From: a virus
Strand: one strand, 5' to 3'
Virus record (IMG/VR): IMGVR_UViG_3300025000_000012
Coordinates: 1 to 62,969 of that record
Length of the DNA: 62,969 nucleotides
Numbering within the stretch: the first letter of the stretch is position 1; every line of letters begins with the position of its first letter. Of this stretch, positions 16,093 to 23,995 are shown piece by piece. Below the pieces are notes generated by a model. That model saw nothing but the letters and a program-made list of their open reading frames with translations, was not told the DNA's origin and did no database searches. The position numbers were made by a program, and so were the translations under genes.

Positions 16093-17457
16093 TTAATCTC
16101 CTATTCCAGTTGTTTGTTTTAAATAATCCAGTAGAGCGTTCTGCCCTTTCAATTTCATCTGCAGTGCTTTCATAATCTTCTCATCCACGGTACCCTTAGC
16201 AACAAGATGATGAAATATACAGACGTGCTTCTGGCCTTGTCTCTCTATCCTGGCATTTAATTGCAGGTAATGTTCTAAACTCCACGGCAACGCGTACCAT
16301 ACCAAGAGGTGTGACCCCATTTGAAGGTTGACACTGTGCGATAGTGAGGCCGGATGACATATTAAGAGGGGCACCTCACCTCTGTTCCACGCATCAACAA
16401 TGGCCTTGAACTCTTCAATTTTAGATCCACCCACAATAGCCGGTGTTCCAGGGAATGCTTTAAGAAGCATGTCCAGCTCAAACCTAAACTGGATAGCACA
16501 AAGTATTCCCTGGCCATTAGCCTCTTCAACCAGGGATTTTAGTATCTCGAGCTTCTCTGTGTGGATAACTTCATAGTTCCGTTTCTCATCAATGTATAGT
16601 CCTCCCTGGATAACTTGCCTGAGCTTCATAGACAAGGACGCTGCGAAGTTAGCGGTAACCGTCGTCTCTTCACTCAGCTTAAGCATTAACTCTTTCTCAA
16701 AGGTCTTGATCTTCTGCATCACCGGAGCGGAGAGCTTGACACTTATGATATTGTCAACCCGTCCAGGCATGGTCAGATAATCTGCCGCTTCGAGTCTGAA
16801 TGTTATATCGGACACGCGCTTATGAATCTCTACTTCGTGTGCGGGTGACTGCAGCTCCCAGCAAAAGATGCTATACGGTTTTTGCCGAAAGAATGTTTTA
16901 CGGTACGTAGTGATGTCTTTACCAAGCCTCTTGCCTCCGTCAAGAAGATAATATTGGGACCATAGATCGAGTAACGAGTTAGGCGCAGGTGTGCCACTCA
17001 AAATCAAGATAAACTCTCTACATAAGTCCTTGATGTGCTTCAAGGACTTAAACCGCTTTGTAGCATGACTCTTGACCATGGAACCCTCGTCAAGAATCAT
17101 CGCCTTAAACGGCAAAGGCCTCTTAGCTTTAAACATCCGCTTTAGTTCTTCAAAGAGCCACTGTATGCCATCAAAGTTAATGATATACAGATCAGAGATT
17201 CCTGTAAACTTCTTACTAGGACCATGTAGTACTTGATACGTCAACTCGGGCGTCCACTTCTCGATCTCATCTGGCCAAGTAGTCTTTACAGCTCGTAGCG
17301 GCGCAATAACCAGGGTGGGTACCCGTACTTCCCGCACCACTTCTAAAGATATCCGCGTCTTACCTAACCCCATATCGATCATTTGATACACAAATCTACG
17401 AGCTAAACAGAACGCTATTGCCCGATCTTGATATGCGTGTAATGGTGGGGTCGTCAT
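16093..17457 (-). CDS. SNF2-family DEAD/DEAH-box helicase (454 aa)
   Basis: Motif I DMGLGKT, motif II MILDEGS, C-terminal helicase lobe (LLICHPASLSHSVNLQ). Confidence 0.9.
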   Translation of the reverse strand: MTTPPLHAYQDRAIAFCLARRFVYQMIDMGLGKTRISLEVVREVRVPTLVIAPLRAVKTTWPDEIEKWTPELTYQVLHGPSKKFTGISDLYIINFDGIQWLFEELKRMFKAKRPLPFKAMILDEGSMVKSHATKRFKSLKHIKDLCREFILILSGTPAPNSLLDLWSQYYLLDGGKRLGKDITTYRKTFFRQKPYSIFCWELQSPAHEVEIHKRVSDITFRLEAADYLTMPGRVDNIISVKLSAPVMQKIKTFEKELMLKLSEETTVTANFAASLSMKLRQVIQGGLYIDEKRNYEVIHTEKLEILKSLVEEANGQGILCAIQFRFELDMLLKAFPGTPAIVGGSKIEEFKAIVDAWNRGEVPLLICHPASLSHSVNLQMGSHLLVWYALPWSLEHYLQLNARIERQGQKHVCIFHHLVAKGTVDEKIMKALQMKLKGQNALLDYLKQTTGIGD

Positions 17458-17951
17458 ACGTTTCCCTTTTTATCCCAAGGGCCTCTATTACTGCACTGCT
17501 CTGAAGCCGTACTAAACTTACAGTTCGTCGGGGAATAGTCTGCGTCATTATCTATTCGGTCTATAGATAAACCTTCAACGTAGTTATCGTCATACCACTT
17601 ATAAAAGCTATATGAGTCTTTTAGCCATTCCACACAGATGCCTATACCTCGGTCACCGTAGTATTTAAAATCTCGGTTAGCATAATTATGACACCGCGTT
17701 TTCATATTCTTTAATGCGGTTACGCCTTCACGGTGCTTAATTACATATCTATTAGGTGATAAGCCCCTTTTACAGCCGCAGCTTACAGATTTTCCGCTTG
17801 ATAAACTAGCGCGGGCTATATATTTTGTAACTCCACACGAGCACTGACAATTCCAGTACGTAACACCGCGTCTAGCTTCATAAGGCCCTATTACTGTTAG
17901 GTCCCCGAATACCGACCCGGTTAGATCAATAAAATTATGTGCTACTCGCAT
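17454..17951 (-). CDS. HNH-family homing-endonuclease-like / DNA-binding protein (165 aa)
   Basis: WNCQCSCG...VSCGCKR cluster and LSIDRIDNDADYSPTNCKFSTASEQCSNR (H-N-N type core). Confidence 0.6.
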   Translation of the reverse strand: MRVAHNFIDLTGSVFGDLTVIGPYEARRGVTYWNCQCSCGVTKYIARASLSSGKSVSCGCKRGLSPNRYVIKHREGVTALKNMKTRCHNYANRDFKYYGDRGIGICVEWLKDSYSFYKWYDDNYVEGLSIDRIDNDADYSPTNCKFSTASEQCSNRGPWDKKGNV

Positions 17952-17967
17952 AAACCTCCTTTAGTAT

Positions 17968-18186
17968 TTAAATACCGGCTTTTGTACCCGTAAGGTACTC
18001 AAGTATCATTTGGTCCTCCTGCTCTTGAAACCACTTAGCAAGCTGGTCTTTCGCGAGCTCACGATAATTAACGTATACCTGAGCGGGTATAAACTCTTCG
18101 ATAAACGCAGCTGACGGTAGCAGCGTACTAGCTACCGCAGTCGCGAATAAAGACTTCATGAAGTTCCGTCTACTAAGAGTGCTCAC
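17968..18186 (-). CDS. 72-aa protein with a consensus twin-arginine (Tat) signal peptide
   Basis: MSTLSRRNFMKSLFATAVASTLLPSAAF matches S-R-R-x-F-[LM]-K plus an h-region and an AxA-like site. Confidence 0.65.
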   Translation of the reverse strand: MSTLSRRNFMKSLFATAVASTLLPSAAFIEEFIPAQVYVNYRELAKDQLAKWFQEQEDQMILEYLTGTKAGI

Positions 18187-18347
18187 TCATCCTCCCTTGA
18201 TATGCCCGGAAACCACGCGTCATCATAATCAAGATCCTCTTCGTCGAGGTCTTCATCGTCGTCGTCATCGTCTTCATCATCGTACGGCGTCATAGTGTCA
18301 AGTCTATGCTGACCCTCTGCCGCCGCATCTTTATATTTCGGTCTCAT
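18183..18347 (-). CDS. Hyper-acidic 54-aa protein
   Basis: Start re-set to ATG 18347 (AAGGAGG 8 nt upstream). MRPKYKDAAAEGQHRLDTMTPYDDEDDDDDDEDLDEEDLDYDDAWFPGISREDE has 18 of 22 residues acidic in the core. Confidence 0.65.
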   Translation of the reverse strand: MRPKYKDAAAEGQHRLDTMTPYDDEDDDDDDEDLDEEDLDYDDAWFPGISREDE

Positions 18348-18390
18348 GATTAGAGTCCTCCTTAACAGACATAGTACGTGGCTTACGTGG

Positions 18391-18498
18391 TCACGTAGGT
18401 AGTACCAGAATTTTATCTGGCTTAGTAGTACCGGCCCAGCGATCACAAGTTATATGACAATCATGCTGAGCTTCATTACATCCACAGTATAATATCAT
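18391..18498 (-). CDS. Unlisted Cys/His-rich mini-ORF (35 aa)
   Basis: TAATG stop-start overlap with the upstream ORF. Translates MILYCGCNEAQHDCHITCDRWAGTTKPDKILVLPT. Competes with the long version of ORF 18183..18446. Confidence 0.35.
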   Translation of the reverse strand: MILYCGCNEAQHDCHITCDRWAGTTKPDKILVLPT

Positions 18499-18632
18499 TA
18501 GCGCCACCTCCAAGTAGTTCGTTTATTACAGTGTTGTACCGCAGGACAGTATCTACAAAACCGATACTCTCCTGAGTAGCACCAGCTATGTATACCAAAG
18601 AAACATTTTACTTTTTGTATGAGGCCAGGCAT
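18498..18632 (-). CDS. Cys-rich mini-protein (44 aa)
   Basis: ATG 18632 lies 2 nt after the upstream stop with GGGAG upstream. Translates MPGLIQKVKCFFGIHSWCYSGEYRFCRYCPAVQHC... Confidence 0.5.
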   Translation of the reverse strand: MPGLIQKVKCFFGIHSWCYSGEYRFCRYCPAVQHCNKRTTWRWR

Positions 18633-18633
18633 A

Positions 18634-18834
18634 TCAATCTCCCTCAGGTACAGAGTCTTTAGCCTCAAACCATACACCACGAGACCCACAGTAGGCCTCG
18701 CTAAATCGCATATCCTTGGCGTCCTTATTATTAGTGAACACATGGCCGGAGATTAGGTCACTATGTCCTCTTGATTGCTGACAGGACCCAAACTCCACTC
18801 GATAATGTTTACATCTTCTGCAGGCGGGTATCAT
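18634..18834 (-). CDS. Cys-rich small protein (66 aa)
   Basis: ATG preceded by AAGGAGA embedded in the TACACTTTAAGAAAGGAG motif. CRRC...C...CG pattern. Confidence 0.65.
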   Translation of the reverse strand: MIPACRRCKHYRVEFGSCQQSRGHSDLISGHVFTNNKDAKDMRFSEAYCGSRGVWFEAKDSVPEGD

Positions 18835-18842
18835 TTACACTC

Positions 18843-18947
18843 TCCTTTCTTAAAGTGTATAATTGCTCTATACGAGACAATTATTTTGTCTAGATAAACG
18901 TATTCGAAGCGTATGAAAATCAGGCCGGCCTATGTTTATACACTTTC
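18843..18947. repeat. Copy B of the ~105-bp inverted-repeat-bounded intergenic element
   Basis: Arms AAAGTGTATAA (18851-18861) and TTATACACTTT (18936-18946) are a perfect 11-bp inverted repeat. Central ATAAACGTATTCGA is identical to copy A. The left arm carries the SD of gene 18634..18834. Confidence 0.85.
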
Positions 18948-19133
18948 TAGAACATGAATAGGAGCCTTGTTTCGACAGTTTGAACAAACCTGTACGTCGT
19001 CTATCCGCTCAACTCTTATATGTAATCCCAGATTCTCAAAGAGTGCTCGAATCTTTACAGCGTGTGCGTCACAGCAAAATATAGCTCGAGTTGGTGTATG
19101 CGCAATAAAGTACGCAGGATATTTGTTGCTCAT
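18936..19133 (-). CDS. Cys-rich small protein (65 aa)
   Basis: CCDAH...CSNC. ATGA overlap with the ligase gene. The last 7 codons are encoded by the repeat-element arm. Confidence 0.55.
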   Translation of the reverse strand: MSNKYPAYFIAHTPTRAIFCCDAHAVKIRALFENLGLHIRVERIDDVQVCSNCRNKAPIHVLESV

Positions 19134-20290
19134 TTATCTACCCGGATGGTCTTGAGTCTTGGATGACGAAGAGAACCATCCGGAGTCTCTTCGTGGTAAA
19201 GGGTCTCCGCAGTCTTACCGAGATACTCACTTTGGTTAGCCCAAATAGCATCTCGGAGGACATCGCTAAACCCGCCACCTACTTTAACAGCGGTACCATT
19301 ATGGTCAACGATGATACCGCCTAACGAGCCGACGTACTTGCCTTGGCCTTCGAAAAAACCAATGATGGGTAAATCTTTGGATAGCACATTCTTCAACTTT
19401 AACCAGTCTGAGGAACGCTTGGTTTGGTATATATGATTTGGTGTCTTTAATACAAGGCCTTCATAACCATTGTCTAAGGCTTTCTGAAACGTAGCAGCGA
19501 CCTTGTCTTTGTCCTTAACCAGGATATGTTTAACGAACCCGATATGAGGCTCAGGAAGATGGGACTTGATATTCTCGAGCTGTGACAAACGTATATGAAA
19601 GGGGTCTTGTGTAAATGGAACGTCGAAGATATTATAGACCGCGGTAGGACTGTCCGCGAAAGACCGGAGCGCACCGCTCGATGTTTGGAAATGCTCGCCA
19701 GGTACCATCAGCTCACCATCAAAAGGCCAATTGATTCGAGATAGTGCGTCAGTGATATGGCCTACACCCTGGATAACGTGACCATTACGTGTATACAGCT
19801 TACCGTCTTTATGAATGGCGCGGAGGCCGTCAAGCTTCAATGACATATAAAGACCAGATGCAGGCATCTGCCCGTCGTAAGTCTTGGCTAGCATAGTTCC
19901 AAAGACACTTATCAAACCTGGTATGGCCTTGTTGATAGTAGTCACACTGATTCCAGCTCGCAGATCCTTAAGAAGGATTTTCTTAAAGAGCTCGCCATGC
20001 GGTTTGTCTAATTGACTAATATATGATTCGACTTCCTGTTTGGCCGCATTGCCAGACAGCACGCCATTTCTGAGCCTCTCCAAGAGAAGAAATGCGTAAT
20101 CCGTAGTCCGTTCATAATACAGATTACCTTTAGGTCTACACTCGAATTGTTTAATACCGTACATCCAGAGAGGCTCGTACGTGTATCTCAGTACGCATTT
20201 ACAAAGACTGTCAGCTTGCCTAAGTACCGCAATCTTGGCGTTAGTACCGGAGACTTGTTCTAGCTGCTTAAAGTAGTCAACGACACGCAT
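19130..20290 (-). CDS. ATP-dependent DNA ligase (386 aa)
   Basis: Adenylation motif SLKLDGLRA (KxDG), plus EGLVLK and LKLK motifs downstream. Confidence 0.9.
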   Translation of the reverse strand: MRVVDYFKQLEQVSGTNAKIAVLRQADSLCKCVLRYTYEPLWMYGIKQFECRPKGNLYYERTTDYAFLLLERLRNGVLSGNAAKQEVESYISQLDKPHGELFKKILLKDLRAGISVTTINKAIPGLISVFGTMLAKTYDGQMPASGLYMSLKLDGLRAIHKDGKLYTRNGHVIQGVGHITDALSRINWPFDGELMVPGEHFQTSSGALRSFADSPTAVYNIFDVPFTQDPFHIRLSQLENIKSHLPEPHIGFVKHILVKDKDKVAATFQKALDNGYEGLVLKTPNHIYQTKRSSDWLKLKNVLSKDLPIIGFFEGQGKYVGSLGGIIVDHNGTAVKVGGGFSDVLRDAIWANQSEYLGKTAETLYHEETPDGSLRHPRLKTIRVDK

Positions 20291-20580
20291 TTTATTTGCT
20301 CCTTTATAGATTGAATAAAGAGGTCTACTCCGGCCTTAGTATCGATCACCTCGACACGGAATCCCATTTTGCGTATTATGTCTATAGTATACTGCTGAAG
20401 CTTTGTAGGCTTCTTACCCTCTGACTTAACCTCCACTAGAGCGAAGATACCAGGGCTGAATAAGCATATGCGGTCAGGCACGCCACGGTTAGCCAGAGAG
20501 GACCACTTAAAGCTTAAGCCAAAAATCTTTTTAATTTCAAGGGTTAAGTACCGCTCAGTTGCTTTCTCCGACTCGGACAT
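20260..20580 (-). CDS. VRR-NUC domain nuclease (106 aa)
   Basis: Start re-set to ATG 20580 (GGAGG 9 nt upstream). GVPDRICLF...ALVEVKSEG fits the D...ExK core. Confidence 0.75.
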   Translation of the reverse strand: MSESEKATERYLTLEIKKIFGLSFKWSSLANRGVPDRICLFSPGIFALVEVKSEGKKPTKLQQYTIDIIRKMGFRVEVIDTKAGVDLFIQSIKEQIKCVSLTTLSS

Positions 20581-20866
20581 CTGTAGAATCCTCCACGAGT
20601 AGAGGTTTCTTGGTACTTGTGAGCATGTGATTCCACGCACGGATTTCCTCGAGCTCGCGCTTCCGCCGCACTGAGTTATAGTGTGCGTAAATCCTCTGGA
20701 TAATGTAATACCGTTGCCGCGTGTTAAGCTCAATGTAAAGGAGCTTAAGAATGTGGTCTTCATTCTTGGACTCGTACAAGTCCTTTGCTACATTAACCCA
20801 GTGACTCATATTACGAGCTGCTCGGTTAACTTGTTCCTTGGTCAATCCTACGTCCGCTGCGATCAT
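20555..20866 (-). CDS. Hypothetical protein (103 aa)
   Basis: Start re-set to ATG 20866 (AGGAG 5 nt upstream), just after the polymerase stop. Confidence 0.55.
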   Translation of the reverse strand: MIAADVGLTKEQVNRAARNMSHWVNVAKDLYESKNEDHILKLLYIELNTRQRYYIIQRIYAHYNSVRRKRELEEIRAWNHMLTSTKKPLLVEDSTDVRVGESN

Positions 20867-20874
20867 TTGGTCTC

Positions 20875-21819
20875 CTATTTCTTGTAACGTTGTCCTATCC
20901 ACCCTTTAGCTTGTAACTGCGCGTCAGGGCACCATTCAATATTACACAGATGACGATTAAAAGTATCCATCGTTGTATCAGTGATATCTTCGTTTTTAAT
21001 TATCCCCATAGCTTCATCATGCACACTTGCCACTAACTCTACTTCAGGCATAAAGTCTCTGATGTTCTGCATTCCCTGTCCCATTACTTCTCTGGCAGAG
21101 CCTTGAGTCGCGTTCTCAGTTATACGGCCGGGGGTTAATCTTAAACGTACCCACTTTTTGGTGTAAGGATCTGTACCCATGTGGGTGACTGTAGGTACTG
21201 GTCCCATGTATTCGTAATCAGGGATAAGAAAATCTTTAACCTGCGGTTTCATGTAGTAGATACATTTACCGGAGGGTAACTTCATCGCTAGCCAGAGGAT
21301 ACCGTTAACCTTGGCTAAGCCGAAGGTAATCCTTTTATATGTACTCTGTTGACCAGAGATGACCGTACGAGCTGCGGCGTTCTTAAGTCCTGACCACAGC
21401 TCTTCGATCAGGAAGTACTTGGCGCGGTAAGACTTAATAGCGATGCTTGACTCATCTAGGGAAACCTCCATGCCAAACTGAACTTTAGCGGTCTCTTTAA
21501 ACTTCTTAGCACCCATTTGGTAACCCGCCCCGAGGACGATTACCTTACCCATTTGGCGTTGTGCCGCACAAACTGGGTCTTCAGCTTTATAGCCTTCATA
21601 AATATCTTTATAAGACTTGTTATACCGAGCAGCAGCCATTGTAATATACTGGTCAATGCCGTTCTTAAAATCGTTGAGAGTCTCGTAGTCTTCTGCCAGC
21701 CACGCAAGGATTCTGTTTTCAATACCCGAGTAGTCTGAGACGATGAGGGAGCAGCCGTTCGGTGCTTTGATCATAGGCCGTATTAAAGCCTTTGCTGTGC
21801 CAATCGGATTTTCAATCAT
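20875..21819 (-). CDS. Family-A DNA polymerase, C-terminal part (palm/fingers, 314 aa)
   Basis: Motif A SDYSGIENRILAWLA, motif B RQMGKVIVLGAGYQMG, motif C VASVHDEAM. ATG overlaps the upstream stop (ATGA) with GGAGG 7 nt upstream. Confidence 0.9.
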   Translation of the reverse strand: MIENPIGTAKALIRPMIKAPNGCSLIVSDYSGIENRILAWLAEDYETLNDFKNGIDQYITMAAARYNKSYKDIYEGYKAEDPVCAAQRQMGKVIVLGAGYQMGAKKFKETAKVQFGMEVSLDESSIAIKSYRAKYFLIEELWSGLKNAAARTVISGQQSTYKRITFGLAKVNGILWLAMKLPSGKCIYYMKPQVKDFLIPDYEYMGPVPTVTHMGTDPYTKKWVRLRLTPGRITENATQGSAREVMGQGMQNIRDFMPEVELVASVHDEAMGIIKNEDITDTTMDTFNRHLCNIEWCPDAQLQAKGWIGQRYKK

Positions 21820-22880
21820 ATTACCGCCTCCAGAAACTCTTGTATGCGCTCTTCAGGATTAGGGACTGATGCTCTAGGTAAGTTATGAACCTGGAATCCT
21901 CGGCCCGCCCATCTACCAGGGCCTGCGCCATGGAACTGTACATTGTCATGTACCCAGTATTGATCACCAACTTTACGTGCTTGAGCTGCAAGCTTTGTGA
22001 ACTTAGCAGTCGAGGATCGTCCAAGCTCTTGCCGCATCTCAAGAACCTCTCGAACATTCTCTGGACAACTAGGATCGTCAAGACCTGCTTGTACAGCAGC
22101 GGCATCAAGAGTATCCATAGGAAATCCGTTTTCACCGCACCATGCTTTAATCTTCTCTAACTGGCCAAGTGTCTTAAACGCGCCACCGCTCTTCTCAGGA
22201 ACACACTCAAGGGCTTTAAGGACATATGTACCCAGATAGTCACGAATAGCTACGATGGCTTTGTAGTCTATGGGCAGCCCGGTTGTATTCATCTCGTACG
22301 TAAGTTCCCAAAGTCTCTGCTCCTTGGGAATAAGAACCTTACGAGGCAGAGTGTAGACAATCTCACGCATAGCCTCGATGTCACGTTTGCAGTACTCATA
22401 AAGCCGGCCGAAGTGTACACCATTAACACCCCAAGGTGTAGGTTGAACCCCTGACTTGGTAGGTACACAGCAGAGCTTTATGAGCTTGAGGCCGTCAGCG
22501 CTCTTAGGCATAGAGATACCAAGAGCTTCACCTGCGTTATGAAGACTAGCAGGTACGCCAAATGTTTGGCACAGCGCCATCGAATCTATAACCTGACCAA
22601 GTGATAGTCGTGGCCAGCACAGCTGCTCGTGGCCGATGAAGTTCCAGATTCTATAGTCAAATGTGGCATTGTGCGCATACACGGGTTGACCAGAGAGTAC
22701 GTGCTCAATTATATCTGGGTGAAGCTCATCTGCAGGAGTGAATACCGACACTGGTTCTTTGTCAAAGGCGTAGCCCATGCAGACGATCTGAGTTGACGGA
22801 TGCGTGGCATAGTTCATGCCACCACGTTTCTTAATATCCACGGCTGAATATGTTTCAAAGTCTACGAAGAGGTCACTCAC
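21816..22880 (-). CDS. Family-A DNA polymerase, N-terminal part (3'-5' exonuclease plus thumb, about 354 aa)
   Basis: ExoI FVDFETYS, ExoII AHNATFDYRIW, ExoIII YCKRDIEAM. Start re-set to GTG 22880 (GGAGGAAG upstream, after the stop of the 22900 gene). Confidence 0.85.
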   Translation of the reverse strand: MSDLFVDFETYSAVDIKKRGGMNYATHPSTQIVCMGYAFDKEPVSVFTPADELHPDIIEHVLSGQPVYAHNATFDYRIWNFIGHEQLCWPRLSLGQVIDSMALCQTFGVPASLHNAGEALGISMPKSADGLKLIKLCCVPTKSGVQPTPWGVNGVHFGRLYEYCKRDIEAMREIVYTLPRKVLIPKEQRLWELTYEMNTTGLPIDYKAIVAIRDYLGTYVLKALECVPEKSGGAFKTLGQLEKIKAWCGENGFPMDTLDAAAVQAGLDDPSCPENVREVLEMRQELGRSSTAKFTKLAAQARKVGDQYWVHDNVQFHGAGPGRWAGRGFQVHNLPRASVPNPEERIQEFLEAVI

Positions 22881-22899
22881 TGTTTCTTCCTCCAGCGGT

Positions 22900-23160
22900 C
22901 TAAATATTCCATGAAGCAATTTCTGTTGGCTTTTCACCTTGAACAACAATAGTCTCAAACATCAGCGCATCACAGATATACTGCATGCATGTTCCAATAG
23001 TTTTGAATTCTACTACTGGATATGGCTTCTGTCTTTCATCCATAGCTTTATATTTTCCAGGGCCCCCGCGTATTCTAAAGGCGCGGCCTTCTCTAATATA
23101 GATGTCCCAATGCCCGGGATTACGATGAATGACTTCGAAACTTAGGGGTGTAGTATTCAT
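22900..23160 (-). CDS. Hypothetical protein (86 aa)
   Basis: ATGA overlap with the upstream gene. No motif recognised. Confidence 0.6.
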   Translation of the reverse strand: MNTTPLSFEVIHRNPGHWDIYIREGRAFRIRGGPGKYKAMDERQKPYPVVEFKTIGTCMQYICDALMFETIVVQGEKPTEIASWNI

Positions 23161-23435
23161 ATCTTTTTCTCCGGCTTATTAGAAATTTCCATCCCATGTT
23201 GAAGTGCTTCAATATATACCACGCAGAAAACTTTCCATAATGGATGTATTTGAATATGCTTGTCTACTTGTGGTCCTACTAATTTCCATACTTCTTCCAT
23301 GTGAATTTCATCCGGGATTTTATCCCATGAATTAATTGGATAATGAGGTACTTTACATGGGCCTATATTTACATGGGTACCTTCTAAAGCTTTTTTCTGA
23401 GCTTTTTGATCTTTATCAAAGCCTAGCTTATTCAT
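23157..23435 (-). CDS. Hypothetical protein (92 aa)
   Basis: ATGA overlap with the upstream gene. No motif recognised. Confidence 0.6.
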   Translation of the reverse strand: MNKLGFDKDQKAQKKALEGTHVNIGPCKVPHYPINSWDKIPDEIHMEEVWKLVGPQVDKHIQIHPLWKVFCVVYIEALQHGMEISNKPEKKI

Positions 23436-23959
23436 ATCTTTCCCTCTCGTTTAAGTCTAAACCAGATTAACGCCAGACTGTTCCAGCAAATCGCAACATC
23501 GTGTGGCATACCAGACTCTGGGTCAATGTTAAACCGGCCCTCGTTAATATGTCGCCAAAAGCCGTCGAGGTACCGTTGCTCTGCGTCCTCAACAAGCATC
23601 CATGACCCTCGGTTATACTTGCCGAAAGGCTTGTTATTCATAGACCCGAGCTTGGCCACCTCTTTAAGTGCGGGTAGAAAATCCTCAAGGACTCCGGCCA
23701 TATACTTACCCTGGTCGAGCTTGTTTTCGTCAGGCGGCATAAAGTCTTTATATGTGTCGTCAAGAGCTGGAAAAATTTTATTAACCGTAGTAGGTTCGGT
23801 ACGCGTAGTATTACAGAATATACAGACATACTGATATTTTTTATTAACGCAGTTATACCTGTACCTGAATATTGCTTTAGGGTTATCGCAGCCCGCGCAG
23901 AAGCCAACAATATCTTCTGTACAAGACTGGTGTGGTAGCTTTTGTACTAGAGGTGGCAT
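23432..23959 (-). CDS. All-alpha NTP pyrophosphohydrolase of the phage dATP/dGTP diphosphohydrolase (DUF5664-like) type with an N-terminal zinc ribbon (175 aa)
   Basis: KLDQGK...FGKYNRGSWM...YLDGFWRHINEG...DPESGMPHDVAICWNSLALIW resembles that family as I recall it. N-terminal CAGC...CIFC. Confidence 0.6.
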   Translation of the reverse strand: MPPLVQKLPHQSCTEDIVGFCAGCDNPKAIFRYRYNCVNKKYQYVCIFCNTTRTEPTTVNKIFPALDDTYKDFMPPDENKLDQGKYMAGVLEDFLPALKEVAKLGSMNNKPFGKYNRGSWMLVEDAEQRYLDGFWRHINEGRFNIDPESGMPHDVAICWNSLALIWFRLKREGKI

Positions 23960-23963
23960 ATTT

Positions 23964-23984
23964 CTCCTTTCTAAAAGTGTATAT
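23964..23984 (-). promoter_or_regulatory. Solo copy of the TACACTTTnAGAAAGGAG motif, directly upstream of the 23959 start codon
   Basis: Minus-strand reading is ATATACACTTTTAGAAAGGAGAAATATG. Same motif as at 18842-18863, 14471-14490, 41314-41332 and 41506-41530. Confidence 0.6.
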
Positions 23985-23995
23985 TTATTGCCATG

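Noticed and set aside
18183-18446. 87-aa version of the acidic-protein ORF starting at 18446
   Set aside because: The upstream 33 codons have no RBS and overlap another coupled mini-ORF. An AAGGAGG-N8-ATG at 18347 gives a cleaner 54-aa product.
23432-23959. dATP/dGTP pyrophosphohydrolase as evidence for a Z-base (2-aminoadenine) genome
   Set aside because: No PurZ-like adenylosuccinate-synthetase homologue or DatZ-like HD phosphohydrolase was recognisable among the ORFs. The MazZ-like enzyme alone is insufficient.
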